Source: an uncultured Gemmatimonadales bacterium
GTDB lineage: Bacteria; Gemmatimonadota; Gemmatimonadetes; Gemmatimonadales; GWC2-71-9
Assembly: GCA_963695555.1 (NCBI GenBank)
Contig: CAVOGR010000001.1
Location: 1,056,001-1,120,000, forward strand
Length of the DNA stretch: 64,000 nt
Direction of reading: 5' to 3'
Under the pieces are notes generated by a model that did not search any database, was not told the origin of the DNA, and saw only the letters and a program-made list of their open reading frames with translations. How positions within the stretch are numbered: position 1 is the stretch's first letter; each line of letters begins with the position of its first letter. Position numbers and translations under genes: made by a program. Positions 56,946 through 64,000 of this stretch are shown in pieces.

Positions 56946-58178
56946 ATGAACCATGCTGCCCAGGGTAGTACCAAGCGCCACGTCTTCACGTCGGAGTCCG
57001 TGACCGAAGGCCATCCCGATAAGATGGCCGACCAGATTTCCGACGCGATTCTGGATGCCATCCTCGAGAAAGATTCTGCCGCCCGGGTGGCGTGCGAGAC
57101 CTTGGTGACGACCGGCATGGTGGTGGTCGCGGGAGAGGTGACCACCACCGCCTACGTCCACATTCCCGATCTCGTGCGGGAAACCGTAGCAAGGATCGGC
57201 TACACCGACGCCGCGTCGGGGTTCGATAGCCGAACCTGCGCCGTGTTGACGTCGATCGACCGGCAGTCGTCGGACATCGCCATGGGGGTGGACCGGCAAG
57301 CCCAGCAGGGCGCCGGCGATCAAGGCATGATGTTCGGCTATGCCACCGCCGAAACCCCCGAGCTGATGCCATTACCGATCCTCCTGGCCCACCGGCTCGC
57401 CGAGCGGCTCGCGATGGTGCGGCGCGGGGGGCGGGGCATCACCGCCATTCCGTGGCTCAGGCCTGACGGCAAGTGCCAGGTATCGGTCGAATACACCGGC
57501 GACCGGCCAACGGCCATCAAGACCGTGGTCGTATCCACCCAGCACGCGGAGCGCGTGGGGTCGCGCAAGCTGAGTCAGGCGGCCATCCGCGAGGCCATCG
57601 TCGAAGAGGTCATTCGACCCGTGGTCGATCGTGCGCAACTCGGTCTGACCGGTACCAAGATTCACGTCAACCCGACCGGTCGATTCGTCATTGGCGGCCC
57701 GCATGGGGATGCCGGACTCACCGGCCGGAAGATCATCGTGGATACCTACGGCGGGATGGCACGCCACGGCGGCGGCGCTTTCAGTGGGAAAGATCCCAGC
57801 AAGGTCGACCGATCGGCCGCGTACGCCACGCGATGGGTGGCAAAGAATATCGTAGCGGCGGGCCTTGCAAAGCGTTGCGAGGTCCAGGTAGCCTACGCTA
57901 TTGGGGTGGCGAGGCCGGTGTCCGTCATGATCGACACGTTCGGGACGGGGAAGCTGCCCGACACCCGGCTGGAGAAAGTCGTGTCGGAGGTGTTCGACCT
58001 CACCCCGAAGGGTATTTTGTCCGCCCTCAAGCTGAAACGGCCCATCTACTTACCGACCGCGACCTATGGGCATTTCGGGCGAGCACCCTACTCCACCGGG
58101 CGCGGCGGCGCCAAACTCGATTTCTTCGCGTGGGAGCGTACCGACCGGGTTCGCGATCTGCTGGCGGCTGCAAAATAG
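56946..58178 (+). CDS. metK: S-adenosylmethionine synthetase
   Basis: [44 protein letters not shown]. Confidence 0.98.
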   Translation: MNHAAQGSTKRHVFTSESVTEGHPDKMADQISDAILDAILEKDSAARVACETLVTTGMVVVAGEVTTTAYVHIPDLVRETVARIGYTDAASGFDSRTCAVLTSIDRQSSDIAMGVDRQAQQGAGDQGMMFGYATAETPELMPLPILLAHRLAERLAMVRRGGRGITAIPWLRPDGKCQVSVEYTGDRPTAIKTVVVSTQHAERVGSRKLSQAAIREAIVEEVIRPVVDRAQLGLTGTKIHVNPTGRFVIGGPHGDAGLTGRKIIVDTYGGMARHGGGAFSGKDPSKVDRSAAYATRWVAKNIVAAGLAKRCEVQVAYAIGVARPVSVMIDTFGTGKLPDTRLEKVVSEVFDLTPKGILSALKLKRPIYLPTATYGHFGRAPYSTGRGGAKLDFFAWERTDRVRDLLAAAK

Positions 58179-58226
58179 AAGCCGCACCTTCGAGAGTGTG
58201 AGGAGGACTCGCTGGGCGCTGACAAT

Positions 58227-58718
58227 ATGGTGGAGGTGACCATTGCCCATCTCGGGCTCGATCGCACGACCAATTCCCCGGTCGTCATCCTTCGCGAAAA
58301 GGACGGGACCCGGGTGTTGCCCATTTGGATCGGGCCGGCGGAGGCCAGCGCCATCGCCATGGAGATCCAGGGCGTGCAAGCTCAACGGCCGCTCACCCAC
58401 GACCTCCTGAAGCAGATCGTGACTGGCCTGGGGGGGACCCTCAAGAAGGTTACCATCACCTCGGTCAAGGAAAACACCTACTTCGCTGAGCTGCTCATTG
58501 CCCGGGACGATCACCTGTTCCAGGTCGATGCGAGGCCGAGTGATAGCATTGCCCTGGCCCTGCGGCTCAACGCGCCGATGTATGCCAACGACACACTCCT
58601 CAATCAAGCGGCTGTCGAGCCGGTGGAACCTGGACCCGATGCCTCGTCCAGCGCCGAAACGCTGCGACAGTATCTGGAGAAGTTGGATCCCGAGGATTTC
58701 GGGAAGTTCAATCCGTAG
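58227..58718 (+). CDS. Bifunctional nuclease family protein (DUF151)
   Basis: LPIWIGPAEA, RPLTHDLL, DARPSDSIALALR, LEKLDPEDFGK. Confidence 0.93.
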   Translation: MVEVTIAHLGLDRTTNSPVVILREKDGTRVLPIWIGPAEASAIAMEIQGVQAQRPLTHDLLKQIVTGLGGTLKKVTITSVKENTYFAELLIARDDHLFQVDARPSDSIALALRLNAPMYANDTLLNQAAVEPVEPGPDASSSAETLRQYLEKLDPEDFGKFNP

Positions 58719-59814
58719 CGCGGTACTGGCGCTCGTCGCTCTCACGTTCCTACCGCAGTCGAGTGTGGGGCAGGCATCGCTCACGGTAAGCGGGCGCGTC
58801 CTCAATCAGTCTGCCCCCGATAGCGCTCCGGCGGCCGGCGTCCGAGTGGTCGCCCACCGAATAGGCCGCACCGTTCAGGGCCCCATCGATTCGACCAAGA
58901 CCGATCGAAGCGGCGCCTTCCGCATCACCATGCCGGCCGATTCGGAGGCGGTCTACCTCCTGAGCGCCCGCCACCACGGCATCGAATATTTTTCCGCGCC
59001 GTTCCAGGATCCCTCCGGTCGACGGACCGACTCGGTGGTGCTGGTGGTATCGGACACATCCTCGACCGTTGCGGTCCATGCCCCGCGCCGGCACATCGTG
59101 ATCGCGCCGCCGACCACCGAGCGCACCCGCGAGATCGTCGATCTGGTGACGCTCGAGACGGTTGGCGGCAAGCTGACGCGGGTGGCCCCCGATACTCTCA
59201 CACCGAACTGGGCCGGGCCCTTGCCGTCCGGAGTGTTGGACGTCGTGGTTGGAGAAAGCGATTTCTCACCCGACGCGGTCGAGATCGCGCGCGACTCCGT
59301 CTTCGTATTCGGGCCGGTCGCACCCGGCGAAAAGCAACTCTGGTTGCAGTACTGGATTCCGGTCGACCAGCTGGCGCTCGTGATACCGAGCCTGTCGGAC
59401 GTGACCGACCTGTACATCGAGGGTGGCGGGGCGACCGCCACTGGACCCGGCCTGTCGGCAGTGGCGCCCGAGGAGATCGGCGGAAGCCAGTTTTCCCACT
59501 GGACCGGAACCATGCCTGAAGGGAGCGCGGTCGAGGTCCGCCTGGCACCCCTGGGCCGAGAGTCGTACGCGCTCATCGTGGCGTTGGTCTCGGTGATGGT
59601 ACTGATTCTCGCCGCCGCGGCCTACCGTCTCCTGCGCCGGCCGGCCCCTGCTCCCAGAGCGGCAACGTCCGCCGAGTTGATCGACCGGCTGGCGCGACTG
59701 GACGCGGCAAAAGACGAGCGGGATGGCAGCGCGTTGAAACGGTATCAACGCGACCGGGAGCAGCTCAAGCGGGAAATTGCCGCTGCCCTTGCCCGCGAGC
59801 GCCGGCCCCGGTAA
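58711..59814 (+). CDS. Exported protein with carboxypeptidase-regulatory-like domain, C-terminal TM and short helical tail; start uncertain
   Basis: Signal-like VLALVALTFLPQSSVGQ, VSGRV...TDRSGAFRI, TM ALIVALVSVMVLILAAAAY, tail LIDRLARLD...LKREI. No canonical start codon at the signal peptide. Confidence 0.75.
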   Translation: MRSAVLALVALTFLPQSSVGQASLTVSGRVLNQSAPDSAPAAGVRVVAHRIGRTVQGPIDSTKTDRSGAFRITMPADSEAVYLLSARHHGIEYFSAPFQDPSGRRTDSVVLVVSDTSSTVAVHAPRRHIVIAPPTTERTREIVDLVTLETVGGKLTRVAPDTLTPNWAGPLPSGVLDVVVGESDFSPDAVEIARDSVFVFGPVAPGEKQLWLQYWIPVDQLALVIPSLSDVTDLYIEGGGATATGPGLSAVAPEEIGGSQFSHWTGTMPEGSAVEVRLAPLGRESYALIVALVSVMVLILAAAAYRLLRRPAPAPRAATSAELIDRLARLDAAKDERDGSALKRYQRDREQLKREIAAALARERRPR

Positions 59815-59817
59815 ACT
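59789..59817 (+). promoter_or_regulatory. Putative sigma70 promoter for the cobalamin riboswitch/btu operon
   Basis: TTGCCC-17 nt-TAAACT. The -10 uses the TAA stop of the upstream gene, placing the start site just before riboswitch P1. Confidence 0.55.
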
Positions 59818-59832
59818 CGAAGCACAACTCGA

Positions 59833-60000
59833 CGCGAACGCGGATCCACGGAAGCCGGTGCAAGTCCGGCGCGGCCCCGCCACTGTATCGGGCACTAGCA
59901 CCCCGCTCATCACGCCACTGGGAAACCGGGAAGGCGAGCGGGCGCCCGGAGCCAGGAGACCTCTCCGTTCGCGCCACCACGTTGACCCTCGGGGGAGGGG
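59833..60000 (+). ncRNA. Cobalamin (AdoCbl) riboswitch
   Basis: GGAAGCCGGTGCAAGTCCGGCGCGGCCCCGCCACTGT core, GCCACTGGGAAACCGGGAAGGC element, B12 box GAGCCAGGAGACCT, P1 CGCGAACG/CGTTCGCG, CCCTC-GGGG-GAGGG kissing-loop hairpin. Lies upstream of btu genes. Confidence 0.93.
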
Positions 60001-60069
60001 ACGGTGGCCAGCCGGTTCTCTGTGAACCGTTCATGCGCCCATCTCCGCCCGCCCGGGATGGGCGGCTCT

Positions 60070-60957
60070 ATGTTGCGGTTCCGACACGCCAGCTCGTTCC
60101 TGGGACTGGCCGCGCTACTCACCATTGGTGGGTGCCGCCCCACGTCCCATGCCGCGGGCGACTTGCGCGTCATCGATGACGCCGGCGATTCGGTCGCCCT
60201 GTCGCGGCCGGCTCAGCGCGTCGTCTCGCTCATACCGGCCACCACCGAACTCCTCTTCGCCATCGGGGCGGGGCCCAACGTGGTCGGTCGGACGGCGTGG
60301 TGTGATTTCCCTCCCGAAGCGGAGTCCGTCCCGAATTTAGGCGACGGCCTGCGACCCAACCTCGAAGCGGTGGTCGCACAGCGTCCCGACCTGGTTCTGC
60401 TCTACAACTCATCCCAGAACGCCACCGCCGTCTCCCATCTCGAGCAGCTGGGTATCGCAGCCCTCAGGCTGAACACCGACCGATTGGACCAGGTGGCGAA
60501 GAACGCTCGGCTCCTGGGGCGACTGACGGGCAGAGCGGCCGAGGCGGATTCCGTGGCCCGGGCCTTCGAGCGGGCGCTCGCGAGCGCCAGGTACCGCCTC
60601 GATCCCGCTCCGAGGGTCTTCCTCCTGGCCTGGGATCAGCCGCCGATGACCATCGGCGGCGGCAGCTTTCAAAGCGAAATCGTGGCGCGCGCCGGCGGTC
60701 GCAATGTGTTTGACGATCTCTCGGTTGCGTCGGGCCCGGTGAGCATCGAGGCCGTGGCCGAGCGCGACCCCGACATCATCCTCCTCTTCGCGGATGAGGT
60801 GCCGGACCTCGACAATCGCCCGGAGTGGAGGGCGGTGCGGGCCGTTCGGGAACAGCGGTTCCTTCGAATCGGCGGGTCGGAATTCAGCCGTCCCGGACCC
60901 CGGGTCCCGAGCGCCATCCATCGACTCGCCGACAGTCTCGGGTCGTTCCACCGATGA
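60070..60957 (+). CDS. btuF: Cobalamin ABC transporter substrate-binding lipoprotein (BtuF-like); alternative starts 60004/60058
   Basis: Lipobox LTIGG-C, DDAG, QRVVSLIPATTELLFAIG, PNLEAVV, EFSRPGPR. Lies downstream of the riboswitch. Confidence 0.85.
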   Translation: MLRFRHASSFLGLAALLTIGGCRPTSHAAGDLRVIDDAGDSVALSRPAQRVVSLIPATTELLFAIGAGPNVVGRTAWCDFPPEAESVPNLGDGLRPNLEAVVAQRPDLVLLYNSSQNATAVSHLEQLGIAALRLNTDRLDQVAKNARLLGRLTGRAAEADSVARAFERALASARYRLDPAPRVFLLAWDQPPMTIGGGSFQSEIVARAGGRNVFDDLSVASGPVSIEAVAERDPDIILLFADEVPDLDNRPEWRAVRAVREQRFLRIGGSEFSRPGPRVPSAIHRLADSLGSFHR

Positions 60958-61928
60958 AACCAGCCTGGGGGGTGCTGCTCGGCGCGGTCGTGGTGGCGAG
61001 CCTCGTGGTCGGAGTCGGTGTCGGGGCGGTGACCCTGGGGCCGATCGATCTGTGGAACGGATTGGTGCACGGAGAGGGCAACGGCGGCGCCATCATTCGG
61101 CAGCTTCGGGTTCCGCGCGTGCTGCTCGCCTTTGCGGTTGGCGGGACGCTCGCGCTCTCCGGCGCGGCGCTTCAAGCGCTGATCCGCAATCCACTGGCCG
61201 ATCCGTATCTGCTGGGCCTGTCGGGCGGTGCGGGCCTGGGAGCGGTGGTGGCTCTGGCGTTGAAGATTGGATCGATCTGGGCGGTGCCCGCGGCTGCCTT
61301 CGTCGGCGCGCTTGGCGCCGTGGCGCTGGTCTATCGGTTGAGCCTGGTAAGCGGACGCCGGCTCGACCCCCGGATCCTGCTCCTGGCCGGTGTCGTGGTC
61401 GGCGCGTTCGCCGGCGCGCTCATGAGCGCGATCATTGCCCTCTCGGACGCAACCGAATTGCGCAACGCCTTCCTCTGGCTCCTGGGCGGGTTGGGAGGTG
61501 CATCCTGGCGCACGCTCGGCATCTTCGGCGTCTACGCCATCGTGCCGACGGTGGTGCTGCTCGCGAGCGCCCGTTCGCTCGATCTCCTCGCGCTCGGCGA
61601 GGAGCCCGCCCAACATCTCGGCGCCGATGTGGAGCGCACCAAGCGCATCATCTACGGCACCACCGCATTGCTCACCGCCGCGAGCGTTGCCGTGTGCGGC
61701 ATCATCGGGTTCGTGGGATTGGTGGTGCCGCATGCGGTCCGGCAGGTCCTCGGGCCACTCCATCGGCCACTGCTGCCCGTCGTCTTTCTCGTGGGTGGGT
61801 CGTTCCTCGTGCTGACCGACACGGTTGCGCGCACAGCCGTGCGCCCGCTCGAGCTTCCCGTGGGTGTCGTCACCGCACTGGTCGGCGTTCCGCTCTTTGC
61901 CGTGCTCCTGCGGCGAACCCTGACATGA
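60954..61928 (+). CDS. btuC: Cobalamin ABC transporter permease (BtuC/FecCD family)
   Basis: LRVPRV, SGAALQALIRNPLADPYLLG, LGEEPAQHLG, GIIGFVGLVVPH, ELPVGVVT. Confidence 0.88.
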   Translation: MKPAWGVLLGAVVVASLVVGVGVGAVTLGPIDLWNGLVHGEGNGGAIIRQLRVPRVLLAFAVGGTLALSGAALQALIRNPLADPYLLGLSGGAGLGAVVALALKIGSIWAVPAAAFVGALGAVALVYRLSLVSGRRLDPRILLLAGVVVGAFAGALMSAIIALSDATELRNAFLWLLGGLGGASWRTLGIFGVYAIVPTVVLLASARSLDLLALGEEPAQHLGADVERTKRIIYGTTALLTAASVAVCGIIGFVGLVVPHAVRQVLGPLHRPLLPVVFLVGGSFLVLTDTVARTAVRPLELPVGVVTALVGVPLFAVLLRRTLT

Positions 61929-62713
61929 TCCTCGAGGCGAAGGGCATCACCGTCCAGTACCCGGGCTCGCCGCACCCGGCGCTCGACCAAGTGTCGTGTG
62001 CCGTTGGGCCGGGAGAGCTGCTCGCGATCGTGGGACCGAACGGCAGCGGCAAGACGACACTGCTCCGCGGATTGCTCGGCCTGGTGGACCCGACCAGCGG
62101 TCAGGGGCTGGTGCAGGGCAGGCCAATCGACCAGTGGCGCCGTTCGGAGCTGGCGCGGATCATCGGGGTCGTGACCCAACGAGAGGAAAGCGTATTCCCG
62201 CTTCGCGTGGAGGAGGCCGTCATGCTGGGCCGCTACGCCAGGTTGGGACCGCTCGCGCCTCCGGGCGCAAGCGACCGGGCCGCCGTCGAGCAGGCCATGG
62301 CGCGCTGTGATGTAACCGATCTCAGGGCTCGGCACGTGGACACCTTGTCCGGTGGCGAGTGGCAGCGCGTCCGGGTAGCACGTGCGCTGGCACAAGAGCC
62401 CGCTGCGTTGGTGCTCGACGAGCCGACCTCGGCACTCGATGTCCGCCACGAGATGGAAGTGCTCGAGCTCGTTCGCGTGCTGGTCGATGGTGGCCTGGCC
62501 GGCATTCTCGTGACCCATCAACTCAACTTGGCGTCGCGTTTCGCCGATCGGCTGTTGCTGTTAGACCACGGCCGGGTCGTGGCCGAAGGCTCGCCCGAAT
62601 CCGTTCTCACGGCCCAGATCGTCGAGGCGGTGTTCGAATGGCCGATTGCCGTCACGGCATGGGTCGATGGATCGCCGCAAGTCATTCCCCTTCGCCCCGG
62701 AGAGCGGGCATGA
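61925..62713 (+). CDS. btuD: Cobalamin ABC transporter ATPase (BtuD/FecE family)
   Basis: ATG 61925. Motifs GPNGSGKT, LSGGEWQR, LDEPTSALD, THQLN. Confidence 0.88.
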   Translation: MILEAKGITVQYPGSPHPALDQVSCAVGPGELLAIVGPNGSGKTTLLRGLLGLVDPTSGQGLVQGRPIDQWRRSELARIIGVVTQREESVFPLRVEEAVMLGRYARLGPLAPPGASDRAAVEQAMARCDVTDLRARHVDTLSGGEWQRVRVARALAQEPAALVLDEPTSALDVRHEMEVLELVRVLVDGGLAGILVTHQLNLASRFADRLLLLDHGRVVAEGSPESVLTAQIVEAVFEWPIAVTAWVDGSPQVIPLRPGERA

Positions 62714-64000
62714 TACCGATGGTCCGCGGTGTGGTTTCCCTGATTCCCCGTGTGATCATCTTCGCAGCCTGCGCGGCGCAGGCGGTGCAGGCGCAGCAGG
62801 TGGTGCGCGATACCGTCGAGCTCGAGGATCTCGTGGCGACGGCAACTCGGGTACCGCTCTCGCTCGGATCGCTCACGGCCGCCGTCACGGTCATCTCGGG
62901 CGACGAATTGGCGAACCGCGGAATCCGGTTCGTGAGTGATGCGCTCCGGGACATACCAGGTGCTGCGGTCGTTCCTGTGGGGTCGTACGGGGGAGTCACC
63001 TCGCTCTTCCTCCGAGGAGGGGAGAGCGACTACGTCAAGATCCTGGTGGACGGGGTGGCGCTCAATATGCCGGGCGGCGCGTTCAATCTTGCGAATCTGA
63101 CTACGGACAACGTGGATCGAATCGAGGTTGTCCGCGGACCGACCAGTGTCTTGTACGGGTCGGATGCAGTGACCGGAGTCGTGCAGATTTTTACCAAACG
63201 GGGCCGCCCGGGCATCGATGCCGCGGTCAACGCGACGGCGGGGACCTTCGGCAGCACGGCCCTTGGTGGCAGGATCTCAGGCGGGAATGGTAACGGGCGG
63301 GTGAGTTACGCGCTGGCAGGGTCGCGCTTCACGACCAACGGCACCGCCGCGTTCAATAGCGATTACGCCAACACCGTTGGCAGCGGGGTGTTTCGAGCCG
63401 CTTTGGATGGCCGCACCCACGCCATCCTTACCGCCCGGTTCGACGATAACACCGTCCATTTTCCCACCGACGGGGCCGGGGTGCCGTCGGACAGCAACCA
63501 GTTCTCCTTCGACCAATCCTGGGCGCTGAGCCTGGAGGTTGCGCGGCAGCTGGGGTCCGACGTCGAGGGACTGCTCACCCTGACCCGATACGCCGTCGAC
63601 GGCGGGTTCGATGACCGGCCGGATCATCCGGCCGACACCGTCGGGTATGCGTTCACCTCGACCCGTGCGTCCAAGATGGTCCGGCAGAGTATCGACGCGC
63701 GAGTCAATGTCCTTGCCACGCGGCCGCTCATGATCACGGCGGGAACGACACTCGATATCGATCGGGAGCGGCAAAGTGGTGACGCCACTTCCAACTTCGG
63801 GGCTGGGATCGAGCGGGAGCAATCCGAGCCGGTCGATGCAACCCGCCGGAATCTGGGCCTCTATGTGCAGGGCCTGCTCGATTTCAGCTTTCCGGCCAGT
63901 CTCCACCTCGGCGTGCGGCTGGATGAGAACGATGCGTTCGGCACGTTCTTCACCTATCGTGCCGGGGCGATGTATCGAGTGGGTCCGGAAACGCGGCTCC
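62710..64000 (+). CDS. btuB: TonB-dependent cobalamin receptor (BtuB-like), truncated by the window end
   Basis: ATG 62710 overlaps the btuD stop. Signal peptide, TonB-box-like EDLVATATR, plug motifs LFLRGGES, LVDGV, DRIEVVRGPTSVLYGSDAVTGVVQIFT. Frame runs to the window edge and is absent from the supplied ORF track. Confidence 0.9.
   Translation, partial: MIPMVRGVVSLIPRVIIFAACAAQAVQAQQVVRDTVELEDLVATATRVPLSLGSLTAAVTVISGDELANRGIRFVSDALRDIPGAAVVPVGSYGGVTSLFLRGGESDYVKILVDGVALNMPGGAFNLANLTTDNVDRIEVVRGPTSVLYGSDAVTGVVQIFTKRGRPGIDAAVNATAGTFGSTALGGRISGGNGNGRVSYALAGSRFTTNGTAAFNSDYANTVGSGVFRAALDGRTHAILTARFDDNTVHFPTDGAGVPSDSNQFSFDQSWALSLEVARQLGSDVEGLLTLTRYAVDGGFDDRPDHPADTVGYAFTSTRASKMVRQSIDARVNVLATRPLMITAGTTLDIDRERQSGDATSNFGAGIEREQSEPVDATRRNLGLYVQGLLDFSFPASLHLGVRLDENDAFGTFFTYRAGAMYRVGPETRL

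Overview
GC-rich (roughly two-thirds G+C by eye), gene-dense core-genome segment of a diderm bacterium. Gene order suggests phylum Gemmatimonadota (FCB superphylum); this is an inference, not a search result. Almost all genes are on the + strand with overlapping stop/start codons. In order: the tail of a chemotaxis locus (TPR protein, cheD), a TPR protein and a gluzincin peptidase, tRNA-Val(TAC), a TPR protein, tRNA-Asp(GTC), then the dcw cluster (rsmH-ftsL-ftsI-murE-murF-mraY-murD-ftsW-murG-murC-ftsQ-ftsA-ftsZ; no mraZ, murB or ddl here). Next come an M23 peptidase, a VWA-like membrane protein, ftsY, recG, an antisense PQQ-propeller lipoprotein plus small protein, asnS and antisense mazG. Then alr-DUF1844-deoB-cdd-lipoprotein-FadL-like barrel, miaB-comFB-comEC-fbp-methylmalonyl-CoA mutase, FmdB-argS-pfkB-purM, a 59-aa OMP-like microprotein, ribD-ribE-ribBA-ribH-nusB-GT4-hpf-hprK, a complete mannose-family PTS with ptsH/ptsI, metK and DUF151. 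The window ends with a cobalamin riboswitch and a btuFCD-btuB-like operon running off the edge. I found no mobile elements, CRISPR arrays or rRNA. Best candidates for undescribed biology: (1) a lipoprotein + FadL-like barrel pair resembling accessory BAM subunits of Bacteroidota (or a nucleoside uptake pair), (2) a miaB-comFB-comEC unit, (3) a divergent Man-PTS with HprK next to metK, (4) beta-hairpin microproteins, and (5) a bidirectional promoter with overlapping -10 boxes between mazG and alr. All family assignments come from motif recognition by eye.
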